A stretch of DNA of 64,000 nucleotides from NCBI GenBank assembly GCA_937995825.1, contig CALKJO010000016.1:18370-82369 (forward strand), written 5' to 3'. The notes under the pieces were generated by a model. It was not told the origin of the DNA. It did not search any database and saw nothing but the letters and a program-made list of their open reading frames with translations. The position numbers were made by a program, and so were the translations under genes. This DNA is from an uncultured Anaerolineae bacterium (GTDB lineage Bacteria > Chloroflexota > Anaerolineae > Aggregatilineales > Phototrophicaceae). Positions 30,030 to 39,070 of this stretch are shown in pieces (the stretch's first letter is position 1; each line of letters begins with the position of its first letter).

Positions 30030-31086
30030 CTGGGTCGATCAACGCGAGATCATCGTCATCTGGCTTGTGATAGCCGATCATGCGGTGGCGATCTTCATCG
30101 AAGAGCCGAATTTTCATCGATTTGAGGCTCGACAGGAAGGTCATCGGCTCGATCTGGAAAATCTCGTTGTTGTTGTGGCATTCCTCCAGCTTGTAATTGG
30201 GAATGCGCGGGCTGAGATGATGGATGTGGTGATAGCCGATGTTGCCCGTGAACCACTGGAGGATTTTGGGCATCTTGAAATACGAGCTGCCGTGCAGCGC
30301 TGCTTCCACAAAATCCCAGTTCTGATGGCGCTCCCAGTAGACATTTTCATACTGGTGCTGCATATAGAACAGGTAGACGCCGAATGAAGAGGTGAAAGCG
30401 ATGATCGGAACCTGCACGAGCAGGTATTTATCGAAACCGATGGTGAAGCCCATGCCCAGGAAAATGCCCAGCAGCGCGAGGTTGGTGAAGATCACGCTGT
30501 TGCGTTCGCGCGGCTTGTCCGCTGCGTTGAACGAGGTGAAGCGCTGAAGGACGACGAAATCGATGAAGGGACCGATCCCGAAGATCACAAACGGATTGCG
30601 ATACAGGCGGTAAAAGAGCTTCTGCAATCGCGGGAGCTGCTGATATTCATCGTAGGTGAGCGTCCACACGTCACCGACGCCGCGCCGGTCGAGGTCGCCC
30701 GCCGTCGCGTGGTGGACGGCGTGGCTGTGCCGCCATGCCCAGTAGGGCGTGAAGGTGATGATGCCGGTGATCACGCCGACTAGATGGTTGGCTTTCTGCG
30801 ACTTGAAGAACGAGCCATGCCCGCAGTCATGAAAGATGATGAACACGCGCATCACAAACAATCCCGCCAGCACGCAGAGCGGCAGCGTCAGCAGATATGA
30901 CACTTCCAGGCTGCGATATGCCAGATACCAAAGGATGAAGAAACTACCGATGCTGTTGAGCATCTGCCAGAGGCTGATGCGCAGATTGGACGACTGGTAC
31001 GGGGCGACGGCTTTCTGCCACGGCAGTGGATTCTTCTTTTTATCGTTGTTAGCGGCAGCCTGCTGAGGGATCGTTGCGGTGGACAC
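30016..31086 (-). CDS. Membrane fatty acid desaturase (Bacillus Des-like)
   Basis: His boxes HDCGH, HSHAVHH, HHIHH; GTG start at 31086 after GGAGAG. Confidence 0.92.
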   Translation of the reverse strand: MSTATIPQQAAANNDKKKNPLPWQKAVAPYQSSNLRISLWQMLNSIGSFFILWYLAYRSLEVSYLLTLPLCVLAGLFVMRVFIIFHDCGHGSFFKSQKANHLVGVITGIITFTPYWAWRHSHAVHHATAGDLDRRGVGDVWTLTYDEYQQLPRLQKLFYRLYRNPFVIFGIGPFIDFVVLQRFTSFNAADKPRERNSVIFTNLALLGIFLGMGFTIGFDKYLLVQVPIIAFTSSFGVYLFYMQHQYENVYWERHQNWDFVEAALHGSSYFKMPKILQWFTGNIGYHHIHHLSPRIPNYKLEECHNNNEIFQIEPMTFLSSLKSMKIRLFDEDRHRMIGYHKPDDDDLALIDPDAKP

Positions 31087-31305
31087 GTTGATCTGACTCT
31101 CCGAGAACTTGTTGATGATACAGGGTAGGATGTTTAGCATACCTAAGTACTTTAACAGATTGAGCGCCGAATGCAAGCTTGAGAAAAACGCCCCGTCACC
31201 GTCGCTTTCCCGCCTGTATCCCGTCGAACAGCGCATTGGTGAGACAATGAGATTATAATGAGAGTTGAAAGGGTCATAGTCATCAACGAAAGGGAGCATC
31301 CGAAC

Positions 31306-31869
31306 ATGAAGCGGATGATAATCATCGGCTTGATTCTGATCGCAGCAGCCTGCAGCCAGATTTCGCCGGTGGCAAACCTGGTTCCAACGACAGGCAACAC
31401 CGCCAATGATCCATCGGCGGCACAGCAGTTTTTGCCCAACCTGCCCGGCTATACCTCGTTTGACACCGCTAATATCACCAGCGCGATCACGGCGGCGGGC
31501 GGCAGTGGCGCGCTGATCACCGGCAATCCAGTGCTGGCGGCGGCAATCGCCCAGATCGACGGTATGATCAGCTGCTATCGCAGCGTCGGCGCGGTGTCGG
31601 CGCGGGTGTATACTGAAAATAACATTGCCGGCGTGATTCAGGGTCAGATTCCGAAGGTGGGCGCGCTGGCGGTGATCAATCAGGATCGGATCGTCAATAA
31701 TTTCCTGTCGTGCGCGCTTGGCGGCGGGGCGCGGGCGCAGGGCAGCGGGATTCAGCCGTGCAGCGGGACAGGGTCGTTTGTCGCCAACGGTGAGACGCTG
31801 CATTACATCTACGCTGCGTCCGATCCGGCGCTGTGCGCGCTGTTCGTGAGCGCGATGCCGCGCCGCTGA
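31306..31869 (+). CDS. Hypothetical lipoprotein
   Basis: AGGGAG SD, lipobox IAAAC, four further Cys residues. Confidence 0.7.
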   Translation: MKRMIIIGLILIAAACSQISPVANLVPTTGNTANDPSAAQQFLPNLPGYTSFDTANITSAITAAGGSGALITGNPVLAAAIAQIDGMISCYRSVGAVSARVYTENNIAGVIQGQIPKVGALAVINQDRIVNNFLSCALGGGARAQGSGIQPCSGTGSFVANGETLHYIYAASDPALCALFVSAMPRR

Positions 31870-31973
31870 GATGAGACCGGCATCCTGCGCCGGCGGCGCT
31901 GCTGATCCGCAAGTGTCTATCGTGAATAACCTGCGCGTGACAAATCCGTATGGATCAAGGGCTGAAAAAACCC

Positions 31974-32002
31974 TTGTCAGCGCGCGCAAGTTGATGTATC
32001 CT
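31974..32002 (+). promoter_or_regulatory. Promoter of tRNA-Gly
   Basis: TTGTCA - 17 nt - TATCCT, ending 11 nt upstream of the tRNA. Confidence 0.6.
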
Positions 32003-32013
32003 GTAAAGCAGGT

Positions 32014-32085
32014 GCGGGAGTAATTCAGTGGTAGAATGTTTCCTTGCCAAGGAAAATGTCGCGCGTTCGAATCGCGTCTCCCGCT
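32014..32085 (+). tRNA. tRNA-Gly(GCC)
   Basis: Acceptor GCGGGAG/CTCCCGC, D loop AGTGGTAGA, anticodon arm TTTCC-TTGCCAA-GGAAA, T arm GTTCGAAT; CCA not encoded. Confidence 0.95.
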
Positions 32086-32092
32086 TCAGCCG

Positions 32093-32120
32093 AAAACTCA
32101 GTCGTTTGGCTGAGTTTTTT
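32093..32120 (+). terminator. Intrinsic terminator after tRNA-Gly (possibly bidirectional)
   Basis: AAAACTCAGTC-GTTT-GGCTGAGTTTT followed by a T run; an A tract precedes the stem. Confidence 0.75.
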
Positions 32121-32142
32121 GTTTTCATCATCGAGGGCATCA

Positions 32143-32430
32143 TCACAGGTCGATGATCAAGCGCACGGTCACCGTGTCGCCTTCATCGATCCCTTCCGCC
32201 TTGCGCACATCCGCCCTGACCGGCACGAGATAGCGATCGTCTTTCGGAAACAGTGAGGTCTTGAATGCTGTTTTGCCAATCTGCGCGCGGACGGGGATCA
32301 CGCCCCAGCCATAAGTCACGCTGCTGGAGATCGCTTTGATGTCGCGGCTGAGTTCGTCCGGGACGGTCACGAAATACCAGGGCGCGGGTCCGCGCCAGAA
32401 CCAGATTTCGCCGTCGAACTCAAAATCCAT
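32143..32430 (-). CDS. DUF1905 domain protein (in frame with upstream ORF, see findings)
   Basis: FEFDGEIWFW, WYFVTVP, GWGVIPVRAQIG, TSLFPK, YLVPV..VRKAEG..GD.V; own GGGGGA SD. Confidence 0.8.
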   Translation of the reverse strand: MDFEFDGEIWFWRGPAPWYFVTVPDELSRDIKAISSSVTYGWGVIPVRAQIGKTAFKTSLFPKDDRYLVPVRADVRKAEGIDEGDTVTVRLIIDL

Positions 32431-32751
32431 CGCTGTTTCCCCCTGAAATTTCTCTGATGCGCGCAGCTGGTCGTCGCGGCGGCGGATCGCCTGCTCGGAC
32501 GGATGAACGGCGCTGCCCGTGTAGCCGAGTTCGCGCAGGCGCTCGCGTTCGAGCGCTTCGAGGTCAGCGGCGCGGGCATCGAGGTCGGCGGCGGGGAGGC
32601 GGCGGTCGATCCCGTCCGCGTCCCGATAGACATAGCCGACTCCGCCGCACCACGCGCAGGTTTGCGCCTCATCGAGCGCATCGCAGTCGTCGATCTCGTC
32701 TCCCATCGTCCAGCCGTAGCCATCGCACGATACACAGCGCACGATTTCCAT
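32431..32751 (-). CDS. Small protein/domain with two CxxCxGxG motifs, reading into DUF1905 without a stop
   Basis: CVSCDGYG and CAWCGGVG; GAAGGGA SD before ATG 32751. Confidence 0.6.
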
Positions 32752-32854
32752 GCGTCGTTCCCTTCATTTACATTTTTGCGTTTTTATACACGGAGAATAC
32801 TCTATAATAAAAATGGACTTTATCGATTTTATCACTGAAGGGGCAGCCGTGTTT

Positions 32855-34177
32855 ATGCTCCGCCTGATTATGCGACGAGGACCCACGCCAGGGGCGATCT
32901 ACGAATTGACCGCAGATACGTACACCATCGGTCGCGGCGCGAAAAATGACATCGTCATCCGCGACAACGACATCAGCCGCGAACACTGCCGCCTGTCGCG
33001 GCTGATGGGCGACTATGAAGTCCAGGACACCAACTCGACCACCGGGACGTATGTCAACGGGCAGCGGGTGGTGACGAAATTTCTGCTTCAGCATGGCTCG
33101 ATTCTTGAACTGGGCGATATGGTGACGTTCGATGTCGAGCGCGTGGAGGCGGCGCAAGCGCCCATGCCGCCTGCTGAGCTGGAGTCATCCACGCCGCGCG
33201 CGCCGCTGCCGGCAGCGGCGCTGCCTCAATGCCAGCCTGATCTGATGCCGGTGTCCGCGCAGGGCATGTCCGCGCCGTCTGCGCCGGCAGTCGCAGAGGA
33301 CGTGCCAACCCAGGGCAGGACACCCGATCAGGTGGTTGACTTTCGCGCCAGCCTGATCATGACTCACGGTCCACAGACGGGTCAGACCTTTCCGCTGAGC
33401 GATCTGATCATCACCATCGGGCGCGATCTGACGAATGATATTGTCATTCAAGACCCAGAGATCAGCCGCCGTCATGCGCGGATGCGCCGCTGGAAGCACG
33501 GCTATTCGATTGAGGATGTTGGCTCAACCAACGGGACGAGCGTCAATGGGCAGCCGATCACCGAGCCGCGCCTGCTGCGCCCGAATGACCGGCTGAAAAT
33601 CGGGACGAACGTGCAGTTTCAGTATATGCAGGATGCTGCGCCGCGCGCAGGCGTGATCGCGCCGCGCCCGCTGGCGATGGACATTCGCATCGCTAGGGGC
33701 GACACCCATGATCTCGCATTTGACTCGCATTACAACGCCGCGCTGCGCCCATCGATGGCGGGCAGCGGGATCGAACAGGGCGCGCTGCTGGATCATATTT
33801 TCATCGCCTATGCGCGGGAGGAATGGGAGTCGCTGGTCGCGCCGCTGACGCTGAGTTTGCAGGATGCTGGGCTGAAAATCTGGGTCGATCAGTATCTGGC
33901 ACAGGGCAGCGATGACTGGCGGTTGGCGGTTGAACAAGCGCTCACCGAATGCTGGCTGATGGTGCTGATCGTCACGCCCAAGTCGCTGGAGTCGCCGTAT
34001 GTGAAGATGCAGTATCGTATTTTCATGCGGCGCGGCAAGCCGCTGATCCTGATTCTTTATGACGACGCTAAACTGCCGCCCGATTTAGTTCGTCAGCGGG
34101 CAATCACGTATGATGCCGCCAGCGCGCGCAAGAGCTTTCACAAGCTGGTCTTCGAGATCATGCAGCTTCGCCGTTGA
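32855..34177 (+). CDS. FHA-FHA-TIR domain protein
   Basis: FHA1 IGRG..ND..ISREH; FHA2 IGRD..ND..ISRRH..STNGT; TIR-like HIFIAYARE..LQDAGLKIWVD..W..AL..C..MVLIVTP.SLES.YV. Confidence 0.82.
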   Translation: MLRLIMRRGPTPGAIYELTADTYTIGRGAKNDIVIRDNDISREHCRLSRLMGDYEVQDTNSTTGTYVNGQRVVTKFLLQHGSILELGDMVTFDVERVEAAQAPMPPAELESSTPRAPLPAAALPQCQPDLMPVSAQGMSAPSAPAVAEDVPTQGRTPDQVVDFRASLIMTHGPQTGQTFPLSDLIITIGRDLTNDIVIQDPEISRRHARMRRWKHGYSIEDVGSTNGTSVNGQPITEPRLLRPNDRLKIGTNVQFQYMQDAAPRAGVIAPRPLAMDIRIARGDTHDLAFDSHYNAALRPSMAGSGIEQGALLDHIFIAYAREEWESLVAPLTLSLQDAGLKIWVDQYLAQGSDDWRLAVEQALTECWLMVLIVTPKSLESPYVKMQYRIFMRRGKPLILILYDDAKLPPDLVRQRAITYDAASARKSFHKLVFEIMQLRR

Positions 34178-34182
34178 TTGAC

Positions 34183-34821
34183 TCAGCCGTGCTGATCATC
34201 GATCAAGCCGAGTCTGAGGGCGATGGCGACCGCCTCAACGCGGGTGCGCGCGCCGAGCTTTTCCAGGATCATGCTGACCGCTGCCTTGACGGTGGCGCGG
34301 CTGAACAACACCTGCTCAGCGATTTCGTTGTTGTTCAGTCCCTTGACCATCAGATTGAGGATGCGGCGCTCGCGCTCGGTCAGCGCGTGCTGTTCGAGCG
34401 GATCACCGCGCTGGATGGCTGCTTCCACCTCCGGCGACATGACCAGCGTCCCGGCATAGGCGCTGCGGATCATCTCGACAATCTGCTGGATCGACGCCTG
34501 CTTGAGGATATAGCCCTGCGCGCCCGCCGCCAATGCCTGCTGAATCCGGCTTTGATCGGCAAAGCTGGTGAGCATGACGGTGCGGATCGTCGGAAACTGG
34601 CTGCGGATCATCTGCGCCGCCTGAATCCCATCGACGCCGCTCATCTCGATGTCGAGCAGCGCGACATCCGGCTGAAGCTGACGGCACAGCCGCACCGCCT
34701 CCGCGCCATCTTTCGCTAAGCCAACCAGCGCGATCCCCGGTACGTCGTGCAGCGCGTAGGTCAAGCCTTCGCGGACGATCTCATGATCGTCGGCGAGCAG
34801 GACACGAATCGGCTGTGTCAT
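34183..34821 (-). CDS. NarL/LuxR-family response regulator
   Basis: VLLADDH, LLDIEM, GYILK, LTERE..GLNN.EIA LuxR HTH. Confidence 0.93.
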   Translation of the reverse strand: MTQPIRVLLADDHEIVREGLTYALHDVPGIALVGLAKDGAEAVRLCRQLQPDVALLDIEMSGVDGIQAAQMIRSQFPTIRTVMLTSFADQSRIQQALAAGAQGYILKQASIQQIVEMIRSAYAGTLVMSPEVEAAIQRGDPLEQHALTERERRILNLMVKGLNNNEIAEQVLFSRATVKAAVSMILEKLGARTRVEAVAIALRLGLIDDQHG

Positions 34822-35846
34822 GCCATTTCCCAGATCGACTCCAGCTTGAGCCGAACGACTGTCCCCTGTCCGGGTTCGGAGTCGATGTGCAGCGCCGCGC
34901 CGACGCGCTCGGCGCGCTCGATCATGTTCGCCAAGCCGAAGCGCCCCGCGCCGGAATGGCTGGGATCGAAGCCCACGCCATCGTCGGCGATGGTCAGCCT
35001 GACCGCATCAGGCGCATTGACCAGCTCGATCAGGACGCTGGACGGCTGCGCGTGCTTGATCAGGTTGTTGATCGCCTCCTGCGCGATGCGGTAGACCGCG
35101 ATCTGCGCGTCGTCGGGCAGCGTGAGCGAGTCGAGACGGGTTTCGACCACTGCCTGCGTGCGCGCGCTGACGATGTCCGCGAGATTGGCGAGCAGATCGG
35201 CGAGATCGGCATTTGTCAGCGCCTCTGGGCGCAGCTCGTAGAGGATGGTGCGCATTTCGGCGGCGGCGCTGCGCCCGAGTTCGAGCAGGCGCAAAAGCGT
35301 TTGCTCAGTGAACGGGTCATGCCCGCCGTGCGCGATCAGCTTATCGAGCATCAAGCCGGCGGAAAAGAGCATCTGGCTGACAGAATCGTGCAGATCGCGG
35401 GCGATGCGCTGGCGCTCATGCAGGACAGCCAGCTCCTGCTCCTGCTGGCGCAGATTCTTAAGCGCAAGCTGACTTTGCACGCGCGCGATCACCTCGTTGA
35501 AATGAAATGGCTTGGGGATGTAATCGACCGCGCCGGCTTTGAAGCCCCTGACTTTGTTCTCGACATCGTTGAACGCGCTGATGAAGATGATCGGCACATC
35601 GGCGAACAGCGGATCACTCTTGAAACGGCGGCAGAGCGTGAAGCCGTCCACATCCGGCAGCCCGACATCGAGCAGGATCAGATCGGGCAGCGCTTCACGC
35701 GCCGTATCCCAGCCAGACTGCGCTGTCGTGCAGGTGCGCGTCTGGTAGCCGCGTTTGGTCATCATCTCGGTCAGGACTTCTAGGTTGTCGGGTGTGTCGT
35801 CGATGATGAGAACGTCCCCGCCGCGCTTCAAGCGTGTCGGTTTCAT
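34818..35846 (-). CDS. Hybrid REC + HisKA_3 histidine kinase without a sensor domain
   Basis: REC (LIIDD, LLDVGLP, KPF), ERQRIARDLHDSV, DDGVGFD, GRFGL. Confidence 0.9.
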   Translation of the reverse strand: MKPTRLKRGGDVLIIDDTPDNLEVLTEMMTKRGYQTRTCTTAQSGWDTAREALPDLILLDVGLPDVDGFTLCRRFKSDPLFADVPIIFISAFNDVENKVRGFKAGAVDYIPKPFHFNEVIARVQSQLALKNLRQQEQELAVLHERQRIARDLHDSVSQMLFSAGLMLDKLIAHGGHDPFTEQTLLRLLELGRSAAAEMRTILYELRPEALTNADLADLLANLADIVSARTQAVVETRLDSLTLPDDAQIAVYRIAQEAINNLIKHAQPSSVLIELVNAPDAVRLTIADDGVGFDPSHSGAGRFGLANMIERAERVGAALHIDSEPGQGTVVRLKLESIWEMA

Positions 35847-36004
35847 GAAATTTTTTCCATCTGTCAACAGCCACGTAATCATTATCGCGTGAATTCCTGA
35901 AGATGGCGAAGGGTTTTACAAAATTTCGGAGAAAATTCATACTTGGCGCGCCCGCCCTACATGACGGATGGCTTTTGCGCTATACTGCCCGGGCAGCAGG
36001 AGCG

Positions 36005-37021
36005 ATGATGGATACCTATCAGTTTGTGCCGATCATGGTGGTGGGGTTTGCGACAGCGCTGGGCATTACGCCGCTGTCGCGGGCGCTGGCGCTGCGCTTA
36101 GGCGTGGTCGACAAGCCCAATCAGCGCAAAATCCACCGCGACCATAAGCCGTTGATGGGCGGGCTGGCGCTCTATACCGGCTTTGCGCTGGCGCTGTTGC
36201 TGTTCAGTCCAACGCAGCACATGGCGGAGTTCACCGCCATTGTCGGCGGCGCGACCTTTCTGGCGCTGGTCGGGCTGGCGGATGACCGCTTCATGCTGGG
36301 CATTCGCATCCGCCTGATCGCGCAGACGCTCGCGGCGCTGGTCTTAATCGCCATCGGCATCCAGATTCGGCTTTTCGGCGTGAACTGGCTCGATATTCCG
36401 CTGACGATCCTGTGGGTGGTCGGGCTGACCAACGCGCTGAACTTTCTGGATAACATGGACGGTCAGGCGGCGGGCGTGACCGCGATTGCGGCGGGCTGGT
36501 TCACGCTGATCGCCTTCAATGAAGGCTTGACGCTGGTGAGCGCGCTCTCCGCCGCGCTGATGGGCAGCGCCATCGGCTTTCTGACCTACAATTTCAACCC
36601 CGCCAGCACCTTCATGGGCGACATGGGATCGCTGGTCTTGGGATTTGTGCTGGCGACGGTCGGCATCAAGCTCGAATTCGGCGCGCAGCCGCTCGATGTC
36701 ACCTGGATGGTTCCGCTGCTGGTGCTGGCGATGCCGCTCTTTGATACGACGCTGGTCGTGATCACGCGCATCAGCGAGGGGCGCTCGCCGTTTGAGGGCG
36801 GCAAAGACCATGTCTCCCACCGCCTGCTCAATCTGGGGCTGACTCAGCGCCAGGTGCTGCTGATCATTTACGCTTTCTGCGCCCTTTACGGCGGTCTGGG
36901 GATGGCGGTCAGCCTCGCGCCGCCGGAGACGGCATGGGCGATTGGGATCGGCGCGCTGGCGCTGCTGATCCCGCTTTTTCTGGTTATGTTCGCGCTGCGG
37001 CGCGGGATGCGGCATGGCTGA
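36005..37021 (+). CDS. MraY-family (WecA/TagO-like) polyprenyl-phosphate GlcNAc-1-P transferase
   Basis: GLADD, NALNFLDNMDG, FMGDMGS, KDHVSHRL. Confidence 0.9.
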   Translation: MMDTYQFVPIMVVGFATALGITPLSRALALRLGVVDKPNQRKIHRDHKPLMGGLALYTGFALALLLFSPTQHMAEFTAIVGGATFLALVGLADDRFMLGIRIRLIAQTLAALVLIAIGIQIRLFGVNWLDIPLTILWVVGLTNALNFLDNMDGQAAGVTAIAAGWFTLIAFNEGLTLVSALSAALMGSAIGFLTYNFNPASTFMGDMGSLVLGFVLATVGIKLEFGAQPLDVTWMVPLLVLAMPLFDTTLVVITRISEGRSPFEGGKDHVSHRLLNLGLTQRQVLLIIYAFCALYGGLGMAVSLAPPETAWAIGIGALALLIPLFLVMFALRRGMRHG

Positions 37022-37976
37022 CGTGTACATCGTGACCGGCGGCGCGGGCTTCATCGGCTCACACCTGACCGCGCGCTTAGCCGCCGACGGCGGGCAGGTG
37101 CGTGTCATCGACGATCTCAGCACAGGCAAGCTGACCAATCTCGACGGCGTGCGCGGCGATCTTCACCTGCATCAGGTCAGCATCACCGATCTCGACGCGC
37201 TGCGCCCGATCTTTGCAGGCGTGGATTACGTCTTTCATCAGGCGGCGCTGCCGAGCGTCCCGCGCAGCATCGACGATCCGCTGACGACGCATCACGTCAA
37301 CGTGACCGGGACGCTCAACGTCCTGATCGCGGCGCGCGATGCGGGTGTGAAGCGGGTGGTCTATGCCGCCTCGTCGTCGGCGTATGGCGATGTCGACGGT
37401 GAATACAAGGTCGAAACCATGCTGCCGCGCCCGCTGTCGCCTTACGGCGTGTCCAAGCTGGCGGGCGAATACTACTGCCAGGCGTTCACGCATGTCTATG
37501 GGCTGGAGACGGTTGCGCTGCGCTATTTCAATGTGTTCGGGGCGCGCCAGGATGAGACATCGCAGTATGCGGCGGTCATCCCGCGCTTCATCGCGGCGCT
37601 GCTGCGCGGCGCGCCGCCGATCATCTACGGCGACGGGACGCAGTCGCGCGATTTCACCTACATCGACAATGTGGTGCATGGCAATCTACTCGCGCTGCGT
37701 GCGCCGCAGGCATCGGGGCGAGTCATGAATCTGGCGACGGGCGGGCGCGTCACGCTGCTTGAGCTGGTCGAGAAGCTCAACTGCCTGATGGGGACGGCGA
37801 TCCAGCCGCAGCACGCGCCGCCGCGTCCAGGCGACATCCTGCATTCGCGGGCGGGCATCGATCTCGCCGCCGACCTGCTCGATTTCACGCCGCTGGTCGA
37901 TTTTGAGACCGGTCTGGCGCGGACGCTGGAATGGTTTAAGCAGCAGGAGCGCGGATCATGCGCGTCGTCCACCTGA
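37014..37976 (+). CDS. NAD-dependent UDP-hexose 4-epimerase (WbpP/GalE-like)
   Basis: TGGAGFIGSH, ASSSAYG, YGVSK, LRYFNVFG, RDFTYI. Confidence 0.9.
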   Translation: MADVYIVTGGAGFIGSHLTARLAADGGQVRVIDDLSTGKLTNLDGVRGDLHLHQVSITDLDALRPIFAGVDYVFHQAALPSVPRSIDDPLTTHHVNVTGTLNVLIAARDAGVKRVVYAASSSAYGDVDGEYKVETMLPRPLSPYGVSKLAGEYYCQAFTHVYGLETVALRYFNVFGARQDETSQYAAVIPRFIAALLRGAPPIIYGDGTQSRDFTYIDNVVHGNLLALRAPQASGRVMNLATGGRVTLLELVEKLNCLMGTAIQPQHAPPRPGDILHSRAGIDLAADLLDFTPLVDFETGLARTLEWFKQQERGSCASST

Positions 37977-39070
37977 TCAAAGCCGCTGGGATCGCCGGCG
38001 CGGAGCGCCATCTGCTGACCCTGCTGCCTGGACTCGTGCAGCGCGGGGTGGAGGTTCGGCTGATCCTGCTCCATCCGCCAAATAACCCGGTCGATCCGTT
38101 CGCGGAGGCGCTGACGGCGGGCGGCGTCGCGGTTGAGCGCCAGATCATCCGCCGCCATCTCGATCCGCAACTGTTCGGCGCGCTGCGCGCCGGTCTGCGC
38201 CGGCTTCAGCCCGATATTCTGCATACACACCTGATCCACGCCGATCTCTACGGCATTCCAGCCGGGCGCGCGGCGGGCGTTAAGCGGATCATCTCATCGC
38301 GCCACGCTGACGATCCGTTTCGCCGTCTGCCGATCATGCGCGGGCTGAACGCGGTCTTGTGGCGTCTTATCAGCGATGGCATCGCTATCTCCGACGCGGT
38401 GCGCCGCTTCTCTGAGGAGGTCGAGTTCGCGCCGCCGAGCAAGATAACGACCATCCATTACGGCATCCCCGCGCCCGCTCAGCCGATTGACCGCCAGGCG
38501 GCGAGCGCTGCGCTGCGCGATGAACTCGGCATCGACCCGAACGCGCCGCTGATCGGGTTTGTCGGGCGGCTGATCTGGCAGAAGGGCGTGGTCTACGGCT
38601 TGCAGGGCTTCGCACGGGTGCTGCTCAAGCGCCCGGATGCGCGGCTGATCGTGGTCGGCGATGGCAAGCTGCGCGCGAAGCTGGAAAATCGCGCGCGCCG
38701 CTATGGGATCGCCGGCAAGGTGCTGTTTTTGGGCTGGCGGACGGACGTGCCGAGTCTGATGGCAGGCTTCGACATCGTCTTGCTGCCGACTTTGCAGGAG
38801 GGCTTCGGGCTGGTCTTGCTGGAAGCGATGGCGGCGCGGACGCCGATTGTCGCTTCCGCCGTCAGCGCCGTGCCGGAGATCGTCGCGCACGGGGAGACGG
38901 GCTTGCTCGTCCCCCCGCGCGATCCAGCGGCATTGAGCGAGGCGCTGCTGACGCTGATCGACGATCCGCCGCTGCGCCAGCATATGGGCTTGCTCGGCGA
39001 AGACCGGCTTGAGACCGCCTTCAGCGCCGAGCGCATGATCGATGCCACGCTGCGCCTATATCAGCGTTAA
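37958..39070 (+). CDS. Glycosyltransferase family 4
   Basis: GIAGAERH, FVGRL, EGFGLVLLEAMA. Confidence 0.92.
   Translation: MRVVHLIKAAGIAGAERHLLTLLPGLVQRGVEVRLILLHPPNNPVDPFAEALTAGGVAVERQIIRRHLDPQLFGALRAGLRRLQPDILHTHLIHADLYGIPAGRAAGVKRIISSRHADDPFRRLPIMRGLNAVLWRLISDGIAISDAVRRFSEEVEFAPPSKITTIHYGIPAPAQPIDRQAASAALRDELGIDPNAPLIGFVGRLIWQKGVVYGLQGFARVLLKRPDARLIVVGDGKLRAKLENRARRYGIAGKVLFLGWRTDVPSLMAGFDIVLLPTLQEGFGLVLLEAMAARTPIVASAVSAVPEIVAHGETGLLVPPRDPAALSEALLTLIDDPPLRQHMGLLGEDRLETAFSAERMIDATLRLYQR

Noticed and set aside
30016-31989. 657-aa ORF suggesting a desaturase with a long N-terminal extension
   Set aside because: The extension is antisense to the lipoprotein gene, and a GTG with a good SD at 31086 gives a normal-sized desaturase.
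32014-32150. tRNA-Gly as an integration site for an island or prophage
   Set aside because: No integrase and no duplicated tRNA 3' end were seen; a normal terminator follows directly.
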